This document shows positions 25,790 to 37,785 of a stretch of 64,000 nt of DNA, one piece after another. Numbering within the stretch: position 1 is the first letter of the stretch; the number at the start of each line of letters is the position of its first letter. The translations under genes and the position numbers were made by a program. Source of the stretch: Yuukianura sp. NJ FZ-2021 (Eukaryota); the NCBI GenBank assembly GCA_046563655.1, contig CM102290.1, positions 5,270,001-5,334,000 of the forward strand. Reading direction: 5' to 3'. The notes under the pieces were generated by a model, which was not told the DNA's origin, did no database searches, and saw nothing but the letters and a program-made list of their open reading frames with translations.

Positions 25790-26789
25790 ATGGGCCTCTT
25801 TGGAAAAAGTCCAGACAGGGATCCCAAGGTTCAGGTAAGTTACCGATATCATGTTCTATCTGGATTGACTTGTTTCACTTCTAAAAACATCTAACGATTA
25901 ATGTCGAACGTGATTGGTTATTGTTGATTTTTTTACTTCTAAAGGTAACAGAATGGACCAAGAAAATTAGGAAGGAATCTAACGCCCTCGATAGACAAAT
26001 TCGGAGTAAGTAGAACGTCTGAGTTCACATGAGTTTTAAATTAAAAATTTTAACTTATGTTTACGTTGTTTGATTTATGAATTGTAGCAATTCAACGGGA
26101 AGAAGAAAAGATTAAGAGGTCACTCAAAGAGGCTGCGAAGAAAGGTGACAAGGACATTTGCCTCATTTATGCTAAGGAACTAGTCAGATCCAAAAGGGCA
26201 ATCAGCAAAATCTATACGTCGAAGGCACATCTCAACTCTATTAACCTTCATATGAAGGAACAATTAGGTAAGTACTTGCCAGCACTTTATGTGCATCAGT
26301 GTGTCCAAAACATTGATTCATCGCGGATTGACTTTTAGGTAAATTAATTTTTCACAGCAATGCTGAAGACGGCTGGCTCACTTCAAAAGTCGACGCAGGT
26401 CATGCAATCCGTCCAAGCCTTGTTTCGAGTTCCCGAAATTGCAGCTACCATGCGAGAGCTGTCTAAAGAAATGATGAAAGCAGGCATACTGGAGGAAATG
26501 ATGGAAGAAACATTCGAAGGTCTGGAAGATACTGACGATGTAGAGGAAGCAGAAGATGAGGTTCAAAATGTAAGTCGATTTCGACACGTTTACGTTGGGT
26601 CATATCAACAAATCGTGTATTTTGCAGATCCTTTGGGAATTGACTGCTGGACAACTTGGCAAGGCTCCCCCTGCTGCCAGTCACCCATTACCCACCCAAG
26701 TACCTGCTACTTCTACAACTGTTCCAGATGAAGAGGAAGACGAGGAACTTGAAACAATGAACAGTCGATTACAGGCACTCAGAAGCTAA
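25790..26789 (+). CDS. CHMP3: ESCRT-III subunit CHMP3/Vps24 (5 exons)
   Basis: MGLFGK...LDRQIR.IQREEEKIKRSLKEAAKKGDK...AGSLQKSTQVM...MRELSKEMMKAGI...ILWELTAGQLGKAP...MNSRLQALRS*. Confidence 0.95.
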
Positions 26790-27309
26790 AGTTTTGTTTG
26801 ACCTCGAGGCTCATTTTCAGATGTACGGTGCTACCTACAAAATAATTTTTTTTTCCAAAATCCTTGTCAAGCATCACACGAAACTAAACTAACTGGACTA
26901 AATAATGCAAGGGGACGAAAGAATGTAGGCTAAACTTCAGTATTATGACGAGTAAAGCCTTCAGAAATGGCAGATTTACTTCCATGCCTCTACTAAATAT
27001 GAACTGAATTTATGAAATAATTCTAAAATATTTCTGTGAATTGCAACAGTTATGAGGGGAATGTGATTGAATAAAATAATTAACTAAATCAATTGAACAA
27101 GTTTAGCCTAGTTTGAATGATTTGCGTTGTGTTTAGGTAATCCTTTGGTTAAGCGTATGGCTTTTACTTCCAATTTAGCGTGAGATCAATCATATTCAAG
27201 TAGGTGGTTTATGAACAGGGTAAACACTTTAAGAATTTGGTTCATCGTAAGCCAAATTTAAAGGATATGTTGGCTAATTAATTGTTACTTGGAATAATTT
27301 TGTTCAGTC

Positions 27310-27657
27310 TTAACGTCCCGGCAATTGCTTGGATTTGGTTTGCTTCTGTAGCTCGATGTTAGCGCGGTAGCAGTATGTTGGTTTGATTGCCTTTCTGATT
27401 TCAATTTTCAAGTCAGCTGTGAGTCTGTCTGCCATCTGAGAGGTAAATTAACCAATTATTAATCGAATACGGTAAGTTACAAAGTAATTTGAAATTGTTC
27501 CCTAAAGAAAGTTCATTACCTTGTCAATCTTTTCATATGTCCTTTTATAGCGCTCTCGGACCATCAGAATCTCATTCCACTCCGGCTCTTTATGAAATTG
27601 GTTAAGTTCTTCGAGATCGTTAACTACAACGATTAACTCGTTTAGCGGTTCGTCCAT
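27310..27657 (-). CDS. Small orphan protein, 87 aa (exons 27657-27520, 27435-27310)
   Basis: MDEPLNELIVVVNDLEELNQFHKEPEWNEILMVRERYKRTYEKIDK|MADRLTADLKIEIRKAIKPTYCYRANIELQKQTKSKQLPGR*, with a clean AAG|GTAATG...CTCAG phase-0 intron. No family recognised. Confidence 0.55.
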
Positions 27658-28577
27658 CTTCTTTAACTAATCGATCCTGGCCGTCAGCATTGTCCGATTT
27701 TTGTCGGCGCTTGGTGGCTTCAACAACATCGAAGTACACCACTGGGTTGACCCCTCGTGATTCTCTGAAAGGTAATGGAAGACAATACAATACAAACCTT
27801 TACAAAAGACAGTTGTTGCCCAGCACACAGAATTTGGTATCCTGAATACTTAGCTCACTGCAAGTAGCGTGCAAGGTGCAACGTCTACCATCAGGATAAT
27901 CTATTGTTTAGGCAAAATGAATGACAGTTTGGTAATTTTGAATTTGCGCCTGCTGGTCCGAGCAACATCGTGGCTGACGTAAACCGAACGAAATAATTCT
28001 GCCCTGAGAAATATTTTAATATAAGCTAACTTATATAGTTTCAAAAGGACTTCTCGCCGCAGACTAATTAATAATTATATTCGGGCAGATCTAAAGTGAA
28101 TTTTACACCATTCAAATACTTACAAAAGTTAGAGTACGCATGTAAATTTTTTACCTTTCAGCTAAGGTAAACTGGGGGGTTCCGGGGTATTAATGCATCA
28201 ACGTATGTAATGGCGTATGTAATATTTTCAACTCTTGGAAAATAAACCTTGTCTTTACCATGTTACCAAGTTTAGAATCAAGGGTCCCAGGGTGGCGAAT
28301 TTTGTTCGCAGGGCAGCAACTGTGTAGATGCCTATAGTAAATCTTCCACAAGAAGCTAGACTAACTAGCCTACTCCTTTGTCATTGAAGGTGGGTGGGTG
28401 TTGGGAGATACCACGTCGACATGACACCACAGTAGCCTTTTTCTTTGTCCTTCTCAGTCTTCGTCAGTCAAGGACAAAGAAGAGAACCTGAGCGTAGAGT
28501 TGTTTGCGAGAGTGAAATTAATCGACATTCAATTACTAATTACAAATTGTGATTTTGCAATTCCAGGGGTCACTACG

Positions 28578-31500
28578 ATGGAAGGAGGAGTCAAGATTGA
28601 GGTCACGATGAAGAGAGACGTCGATAAGCTACTGGTACTTACAACTTCTAAGGGTAAAGACCTGGGCCAAGTCTTGAGGCAGCTGGAACTGTTTAAACGG
28701 CGGTTTAGCAATTACACCGAGGAAGGACGACGTTGGGAGGACAACGACCCGACTTCGAAAATGCTACTCCAATCTCGAATTTTTGAGGTCATTGCTGACT
28801 TGACTGAGGAACTTGTGTTTGAGATCAAGAGTGGACAGCACCTTTTCGATGACGGTGTGGAAGTCGTCTCGACTGCCATCAGTATCCTAGGAAACTACTT
28901 GTCTGTCAGGAGGCAGAAACGAGTTAGCGTAAGACTACCGAAATCGGTTGTATTCTATTCTTTTATAGTAGTAATTGTATAAATCAGTTTCAAATACTTT
29001 GCAGGAGGTTGAGTGGAAGAGAAGATTGGTTGACATCTTGAATGAACTCCTTCGGATCGAAGTTGTCTCCAAGAATGGCGAACTGATCAACCGGACATTC
29101 CGACTTCTCAGTAATCTGCTCATCCAGGGAGCAATTGATCCTCTCGTTGTGGCACGCATTGGCTTATTTGACACCACAGCTAAGGTCATTCTCAACGGCG
29201 ACGGCATCATTGCTCAAGATGCGAATGCATTGCAAAACATCCTCAAGTCCATCCTACGATTCATCTCCATTTGTGTGCAGAAGAAAGACGCAAAAATGCG
29301 TTTCAATTCGATGACTAATAGTGGAGTTGAACTTATTCTTTCACCGCTCGCTTGGAAGACGAACATTTTGCCAGTGGAATCCCTTCATTTGATTATGAAA
29401 CTAGTTCAATGTCTGGTTGGCCAAAATCTCGGAGCGATATCACGAGAAACCTTGAAACGGGTATGCCATCACCCAGAATTTTCCATTCCGTTCATAATTG
29501 GTATAATTCTAACTTTTTCTTTTGTATTCTTACAGTTCTGTCTTGCCCAAGAGACGTTGACCAGGATCCTGACTTACTATAAGGATTCGGAGTACAAGAC
29601 GGACTCTGAGTTGGTAGCACTGGATATCCTGAAGAATCTGCTAGCGAATGAACAAATGTCAAACACCCTTTTGGCACTTGATCTATGTAAAATACTCCAC
29701 GCCAAGTTGTCGGAGTCGGATGATCCGTCCATTCTGGGTATTTTGATATCTCCATTGACTTTCACTTTTAGTATTGTTTAGTTTAACTTTATTCCTTTCT
29801 CTTAAACAGCTCGTCATTTGAGACTGGTTGTGCAGTTACACGAGACTCATCAACGTTGGGCTTCCATGACACTTCATTCTGCCGTTTACTGGAACGAAGT
29901 TTGCGGATCTACGGTTAAGGCGCTTCGGTAAGTTTAAGACGCAACATTAAATTGGTATAGTTTCAGTTATAAATGGCTGGTTTATTTCTAACGCCTAAGA
30001 GTTATCTGATTCATTTTAATTGGAGTGTTTTTTTTTAAATAGTATGCAAGAGCTGTCAGCTTTTCATCCAACGATTCTGGCAATTTACACACAGTTGCCA
30101 AAGACTTTGTTTCTTCCACTGGTGAAGGAAGGACTGATGGATGAACTGGTGCGACGACTCGACGAGGCCATAGGACTACGTTCAATCGACGACGTCGTAA
30201 AGCAAGTTAGAACTGCCCAAGAAAATCACGTGGACATTCGCGACTCTTTGGATGCTGCCCACAAACATGTCACGCCTCCAGTTCAAGTAAGTTACCTCCA
30301 ACCTACGTTTTTTCAACGTTTTTTTTTCTACTCATTACGCTTGTGCAGAACACAAGTATCATTTGTCTCAATTTTACTAGGCTGTGTACTGCCCACCAAC
30401 TGAAGAGCTGGACTTCCTTGATGGCCCAACGTCTAAACTTTTGCTTGAAGGCAACTTTTTGCCGACGTTTGACGACGACAACTCACTTGAACAGATTCTT
30501 GGTCAAGACGATCCTATGCTAGAAGATGTTGAAATGGACGGTACAGCTTGTCCAGTTCCAAATACTGGTGAAAAGGCTCCAAAACAAGATCTCAAGCTCA
30601 TCTTTCGTATTCTAAGGATTCTACTGGCTGCTCCCGAAGTCCGACGAGACATTGTTGATCTCTTGCCCACTTTTCTGTATACGCTGTTCGACATTGGGTT
30701 CTATCACGACATTCGATGCGAAATGACTTGGATCAAGGGTGAGAAAGACACTCCGTGTGTTGTAGTCGTTGAACCATCCGGCAACGTCACGACCGCCGAA
30801 GACATGTCAAACTCGTCCATCTTTGTTGACTTGCACTACCTTGTTGGCGCCGTTTTATTGGAGGATAATCAACTTATCTTTTCCTTCGTCGATAACAAAG
30901 TTGCACTAATTCTGCAGAAGATGCGATGGATGGGCAGCGATTTCTTTGCAGCTAACTTGGGCATCCTTATGGATATGATGGCCGGTCGAGGTTCTACGAG
31001 ATGTTGGGATCTCAGTCGATCTTTCATTGGTCTTCGGTATCGCCGAGAGTCTGGATTGAACGTGGAGCCGATCGATATCAAGATACGGACGACAATTGCT
31101 GTGCTGTTTGACGACGTTGCGAGTTGGCTCGCCGACAGTGATAACATGCTCCTCAGAGGAATGGAAACGAAAGATGCTTGTACCGTAGCTGACCTAATGG
31201 AAGACATTTGTGTTGCTCTGATCACCATTGGCAACAGATTTCGACTTAAAAACTGGAGCGACGTAAAACAGCTGATTCAGGACAACCAGCTCTTGTCTCT
31301 GAAGCACACCGAGCCAAACTTTGTGTCTTTCGACAACTCTGATGGCAACTGTGTCTCTGTCGTTTTGAAAGGGGGAGCGATATTGCGGGTCAAAAAAGAA
31401 GCACTAGTCGAAGCTTCGGAAGTATTTGAACGAATGCTGGTTGGGGAATTTGTTGAAGCCAAGTCAAACCGAATTGAACTGCCGGACTTCTCTATTGATT

Positions 31501-31946
31501 CGTTCTTCATGTTTCTTCTGCACCTCAATGCAGGAAGAGAAGCCAAATCGACCTCCAGTGGACCAGTTACACTCGAAGACTTTACATCTCTGGAAGTAAT
31601 CTTCGAACTCCTGCGCATGAGTCATCAATTCATGGCCATGGACTTGTACCAGAACACTTTGAATTCAATTATTGGGAATCTCCTGTCTCCGTCGACTGTG
31701 ATTCCATTCTACAAATTGAGTCTGGAGATTCCAGAGTTCCCTTGCGACGTTGTTGGTGGCTGCAAGCTGACTTCTCGAACAGTCTTTCTGCACTACCTCA
31801 TAGCAACGGACTCAATTCATCCACTGGCCAAGGTAACCATGCTACAAGAAATGGTTGCTATGGACGTACACCTTATGGCAGACCTTCTACGTGAACTGTT
31901 GAAGGAAATCCGCGCCACGATTCCCCCTCCTCAGCCTCGCGCCTAG
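28578..31946 (+). CDS. Helical (ARM-like) repeat protein with C-terminal BTB/POZ domain, ARMC5-like architecture
   Basis: Long Leu-rich helical exons. BTB motif VSVVLKGGAILRVKKEALVEASEVFERMLVGEFVEAKSNRIELPDFS...FLLHL...ELLRMSHQFMAMDL lies near the C-terminus. Confidence 0.7.
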
Positions 31947-32638
31947 AAAGTACATGCCCAATTACAAGTATGCATGTTTGTTGTTTCAGAATTTTCATAG
32001 TTCATTACGAAGGAATTATGCTCAAGTTTGTCAAAGTATTACAAAATACAGATATATTATTTAATTTCTAAAGTATTTTTTACTTTAGTCTAAGCTAAAG
32101 CCTAAAATGTGTCATTTCTAACTTCCTAGCCTAAATTGTTGCTAATTAGTTTCGTTTTAAAACTCTACTTCTGTGGTAGTCGCTAGGTGGAGCTTTAAAC
32201 AACTTTTCAGATAACTATTTTATCTGCTGTTTTATCCTGTTATCCTATCCTTTTATTATAGTAAACTTACTTTTTCGGAGATCTCTGGAAGCTTGATCTT
32301 TAAATAGTTTTTTTTTTACACAAACCGGATTTTCAAAGCTATATTTCATATTTTGGAAAAATATCTTAGCAAAGCAAAATTCCAAATTTCAAGACGTTAG
32401 AAATTTAGGTGGAAATTAGGAAAGAAACGTAGTCTCTTCGAGAAAAAGTTTCAAAAATTTACGAAATTTGGTGAGGGTACATTTTTAAAATTCTAAAAAC
32501 AATCCATATATTTATGAATTCAGGATGTGAAAATTTTGTTTGTATTACAAGAACATTAGGTGAATTTTAACTCTGAGTTTGGTTTACTTCAACCTAATGC
32601 GTTGCTAGGGGTGACGCTTCAAAAATAGAGTCAACAAC

Positions 32639-33409
32639 TAGGGGTTGCAAAGTCGAACGAATTCTCAAAGTCGACTTTCGACTCTGGAAATTGAGTTTCG
32701 ACTCTAGAGTCGACTTTGGAGTCGACTTTGAATCTTCAATAGAAAACTAAATGTAGCATCCCTTTAGGGGTCTCAAAACCGTACCATTTTCAAAAATCCG
32801 GATTTCGGAGATTTGCCGACCAAAACCGGTTTCTGATAAGTGCATGGCAAACGCCCAGAAGAAATTTTTTTTTTAGTAAGCAACAAAAAAGTTGGCTTTA
32901 CACACCGAAACGTAAGGAAATGTTGATTCATTGGGTTAATTCTGTTCAACATTTTTTGTGTAGTTACTTTAACTTCAAACAACTATTACACGAAAACTTT
33001 AAAAAAAAATTCTGTTCAAATCTTTTTTTTTTATGAAAAAAATACACATTAACTGGTTAATGTATTAATCAGGTTTTTAGATTTCCCCTATACTGTGAAC
33101 AAAGTTGACTAGTTATTAAAAACTTTATTGGGCCCTAAAAAAGTAAAAATGCCCTAAAATATAGTCAATTCCGGATTCAAAATTTTCAAATCCGAATCCC
33201 GCAAATCCGCCAAAAGGAAGTTGACAATTTTTTTAAAGGATTTACAAAGCTTAGAAATTAAGTTAGATTGCGCTTTCCAAGGCTCAAATTACCTTATTTT
33301 TTAAGTCAAAGTCGACTTTCGTAGGTCGTAAAGTCGACTTTCGACTTTTCAAAAAATGGTCAAGAAATCGACTTCGACTCGACTCTCAAAGTCGACTTTG
33401 CAACCCCTA
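32639..33409. mobile_element. hAT-type MITE
   Basis: TIR TAGGGGTTGCAAAGTCGA with a perfect 8-bp TSD TCAACAAC on both sides; subterminal GTCGAC arrays. Confidence 0.9.
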
Positions 33410-33674
33410 TCAACAACTTCAGAAGGAGAAAAATTAACCTTACATTTATTTTTATGGCGTTTTGGTTTCTATAGTTTCCTGACCCGCGTAGTCTGTAAAC
33501 AAGTTTTTGAAAAAACTTTACCGCAGCATAGCAGCACGAAAAACTGACGTTTCGCACAATCACTTTCTGAATCGGAAGGTTCTCGTCCGCAGGTTTTCGT
33601 CAGTCTAACTCCTAAAGTTACTGCCAATTTCTAGCTTAAGTTTGTCTCAAGTGTAAGTCAAGTGAGCTGAGACG

Positions 33675-34322
33675 ATGGACGACGACATTGAAGCCCAACG
33701 AGAACAGGATCCTGCTCCGACTACTTCCGAAGAGGACCGGAACCGGAACATGCGCGGTGCTTTGTTCATGATCGAGGTTCTGAAGGCCGTTTTGCTCCAA
33801 GGTCAGTTCGTCCTTGACTTGTCGGAGGAATTCCAGATCGATCCAGAAGAAGCAGCTCGCTACAAGCGTGTCCAGGACGAGCTGTATGACATGGCCTTCA
33901 ACAACAACAGCTCGGCTGATCCGAATGTCGACTTTGTCCCAACTCCGGAGATGATTTCACACGTCCTTCAAGGAATCCAGACAATTGCCACGACCAAGCG
34001 AGCGTCGGATCCAAAGTTGAACAAGGTCAGTGGTGAGCAGGATGCTCAGCCTGGACCGAGCAGTGGAGGTCAAGGGTCAAGTGGTGACCAGGGGAAGAGT
34101 GGCCTGTCAGCTCCAGGGAGTCACGCGAACCTTCCAGGAACGTCGTCTGGACACAAGCATGGTAGGATCCCTGCACCGAGCCCTTCGCAGGAAGGAAACG
34201 TTGAACATTTCACGGCTAAGGAGCGCGGTTCGACTGGTTCGACGGTCAGTTCCGAAGAGGAGCCGAATCCGTTCGAGCAGGATCACAAACCACGGTGCTG
34301 TCCGTTGTGCACCATCCTTTGA
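33675..34322 (+). CDS. Intronless 215-aa orphan protein ending in CCPLCTIL (CaaX)
   Basis: GC-rich, codon-like ORF in an AT-rich context; helical N-terminal half and G/S/P-rich disordered C-terminal half. Confidence 0.7.
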   Translation: MDDDIEAQREQDPAPTTSEEDRNRNMRGALFMIEVLKAVLLQGQFVLDLSEEFQIDPEEAARYKRVQDELYDMAFNNNSSADPNVDFVPTPEMISHVLQGIQTIATTKRASDPKLNKVSGEQDAQPGPSSGGQGSSGDQGKSGLSAPGSHANLPGTSSGHKHGRIPAPSPSQEGNVEHFTAKERGSTGSTVSSEEEPNPFEQDHKPRCCPLCTIL

Positions 34323-34768
34323 ACTCATCGCCACAAGCTACAAATCAAACAACTCATCACATTTAAACATAAGTTGACAAAATTAAACCAATGAGCATCA
34401 AGTAATGTTTCTCATCGAGAGGAATTACTGAATTTGAAAAATTTAAATTTTTAGTAAATCTTTGTTAAAATGAAAAATGGAAACAGCAAATAAATCTACA
34501 TTGAAAAAAAAATTAGTGAAGCGGAGAGTTGAATTCTTATGTGCTGGAAAGCGTCAAAGAAGTTTAAGTTGACATTGAATTGAAACAATGGAAAAGTAAT
34601 TGAGTTGAGGTCGTGTGGATTAGCGTCATGTGAACACCGTTTGTTCCGTACAATGAACGTCATTTTTACGAGAACCTTTTCATCCATGCGCTTATTCTCT
34701 TCTTCCATTTTAACCAGGGTCGATTAGTCCTCTGTTGCTTTTGGTTCCACGTCTTGCTCAAGTCAACC

Positions 34769-37374
34769 ATGAAAATTTCAACCAAATTTCGTCTCCTAGC
34801 AGCCATTTTTTTAAGCGTAAGAACAAAATTTCCAGCGTTTTCATTACCAAAAACCCTCAAAATTACAACAAATTTTGTTTCAAAAACTAGATTTGTGGGT
34901 GGACCAATGGGGCGGCGCCTAGAGGAAATTCAAAGACTTTCGAATGTCCATCATCCGGTTTGTTTCCAGTTGTTGGGGACTGCACAAAGTATTACCGTTG
35001 CCTCTTCGCTGGAATGCCTCCGCTGACAACCCTCCGCTGTCCCGATGGCGAACAATTTGAAAGTTCAATCCAAAAATGCGTTTCAGGAAATGGAAGGAGT
35101 TGTCCAGATCCAAATAGTCCAACCAAAGGTAAATTAAATACTGCTTTTAATTAGTTTTCCACTAAAATTTTAATTGAAACTTAATTAAATTAAGTATGTT
35201 TTGTATCAAATGGAAGCTGAAAGAAAAACGGAGTGTGCTGGGAATGGATACAAAGCTGATGCGAGTTCTAAGGAGTGGTACATCAAGTGTGAGGGTGGAG
35301 TGGCCACCAGAATGCGCTGCTTCCCACCAGGATCCACATACAACCCAGCGACTGAACAGTGTCGAAATTCAGCCGCTCCAAGTAAATTTTTCCCACGAAC
35401 TTTTAGTTTTGTAAATTTAAGTTTTTTTTTGTTCCCACAGAACCTATGGTCGAAAAGAAGCCCAGTGAAAAGGGCGGCCGCAAAGGCAGTGCCGTCAAAG
35501 GGTCGGAAGAAAGTTCTGAAAAGTCAAAGAAAAAGAATTCTGATGAAAATTCAGAGGGAAAGAGTTTGGAAGAAAATAGTTTTGAAGCGTCTGAAGAAGA
35601 GAGCTCTGAAGAAAAGTCCGTAGAAAAAAGTGGAGAGAAAACAAAGGAAGAGAGCTCAGCTGAATTAAATAAAAAGAGTTCTGAAGAAAACCTGGCAAAG
35701 GAAAAGAGTTCCGAAGAATCGAACAAAAAGAGTTCCGAAAAGTCCAAGGACAAGAGTTCTGACGAATCTAACGAAAAGAGTTCTAAAAAGTCCAAAGAAA
35801 AGAGTTCGGAAGAATCGAACAAAAAGAGTTCTGAGGAATCTAAGGAAAAGAGTTCTGAAGAATCTAAGGAAAAGGGTTCTGATGAATCTAAGGGAAAGAG
35901 TTCTAAAAAACCCAAAGAAAAGAGTTCGGAAGAATCAAAAGAAAAAAGCTCTGAAGAGTCCAAGAAAAAGAGTTCGGAAGAATCTAACGAAAAGGGTTCT
36001 AAAGAGTCCAAAGGAAAGAGTTCTGAAGGATCAAAGGAAAAGAGTTCTGGAGAGTCAAAAGAGAAGAGTTCTGAAAGATCAAAAGAAATGAGTTCTGAAG
36101 GATCAAATGAGAAGAGTTCTGAAGGATCAAAAGAGAAGAGTTCTGGAGAATCGAAAGAGAAGAGTTCTGAAAGATCAAAAGAAAAGAGTTCTGAAAGATC
36201 AAATGAGAAGAGTTCTGAAGGATCAAAAGAGAAGAGTTCTGGAGAATCGAAAGAGAAGAGTTCTGAAGGATCAAAAGAGAAGAGTTCTGAAGGATCAAAA
36301 GAGAAGAGTACTGAAGGATCAAATGAGAAGAGTTCCGAAGGATCAAATGAGAAGAGTTCTGATGGATCAAATGAGAAGAGTTCTGATGGATCAAATGAAA
36401 AGAGTTCTGATGGATCAAACGAGAAGAGTTCTGATGAATCTAAAGAGAAGAATCCCGAAGGATCAAGAGAGGGGAGTTCGGAATCGTCCAAAGCGAGTTC
36501 TGCAAAGCCTGCTAGCGCGAATTCTTCTCCCCAGACTGCAGCTGCCTTGCTAACCCGGGGTGAAGGAAAGCAGGAAGCTGCTCCAACGGGTAAAGACGAA
36601 CAGAAAGACCAGCGTAACGTTGAAGCAATTGCTGTGAGTAACGGTGAAAAGTCAGAGGCAGAAGCCAGAGTCAGCGGAGAAAAGAGTTCTGCAGCCAGCC
36701 GAGCAACTGGAGGGGACAGTCGAGCAGCGTCCATGGCCGAAGGAAACAACGCACGCGCCAACAGTACTGCGTCCGGTTAGTTTTTTAGGCCAGCGTTTCT
36801 AAAACTAACGAAAAACTTTCGATACTGACCTAAGTTTCTTGTTTTGTTGACATAAACAGGGTTCAGAAGTTCAACTCTTAGCTTCGCCCAAGGAAAGAAG
36901 GCCGAGTAAGCTTCTCAATGTCAAAGATTAACTCAAATTTTAAATTTTAAACTCAAAATTTTTAAACTTGTTAGAGCAACTTCCAATACTAAAGGAAAGG
37001 AGGGTTATGCCGCTTCGTCTTCAGTCGGAGATGGGTCTTCGGCGGCTGCAAAGAGTGATGGAGAACAATCACAGGTTTGGATAACCGTTTGTTGCAATTA
37101 AGAGTCAAGGAAATCCAACTACAAATAAGTTTACTTTCAATAGTCATCGGCCATTTCCACTGGAAAGGGCACAAAGGCTAACAGTACATCACGAGGTAAG
37201 GGAGCTGCATCCAAGAGCTACGCACAAGGTGAGAATTCTGCTGCTACGAGTTTGAGTTCAGGCCAACAGGCTCAATCCTACGCAGAGACTTCTGGTCAGA
37301 ATTCAAGAGCCTCCGCTACTGCAAACTCTGACGGCGGAGATAACGGAGCATCAGACGAGGAAGCAGATGAATAA
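34769..37374 (+). CDS. Secreted protein: peritrophin-A/CBM14 domain(s) + Ser/Glu/Lys repeat + 11-residue Gly/Ala/Ser repeat (about 7 exons)
   Basis: Signal peptide MKISTKFRLLAAIFLS|ICGWTNG; 6-Cys CBM14 (CPSSGLFPVVGDCTKYYRC...CPDGEQF....QKC......C); a second 4-Cys module. Exons continue in phase past the ORF-track stop to ...SDEEADE*. Confidence 0.85.
35700..36480 (+). repeat. Coding 24-bp tandem repeat (GAGAAGAGTTCTGAAGGATCAAAA-like; EKSSEGSK)
   Basis: About 30 units directly visible; they become more homogeneous toward the 3' end. Confidence 0.95.
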
Positions 37375-37785
37375 CTCACAGTCATCCAATTGACTAGCAC
37401 AATCAAATTTACTTGTACTTCAAATGTAAAATGACATTAGGAAAATATCGACGAGATGTGTACAATTTGGGTGTTTAGTAAAAGTAGTCGTCCACGTTCC
37501 GTTGTTCGATGGAAAATTGAATGGTGACGTAGGTCTAAAATTTCAAAAACCCGATAGTTATAAATGTTTCCCAAGTTTCGTGCAAATTGTTCAACAGTTT
37601 GAACAATTTCCATCGTCTTGAGCCGATTTACAGCTCAATTTCAGTTAAAAACTAATTAATGACATAGTTAAAGCTTTTAAAAATTAGACGGCAACTGCAG
37701 TACAAGTTCCATTTCCACGTTCCACTTCTGGAATTGAAAATGGACGTGCACTTTGAACTGTGTTGCCGCCTATAACATATAAGAT

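Noticed and set aside
35403..36761. 452-aa minus-strand ORF (SELFSFDP repeats) and alternative-frame RRVLKDQ ORFs
   Set aside because: Shadows of the 24-bp coding repeat; the plus frame has the signal peptide, the domains and the splice sites.
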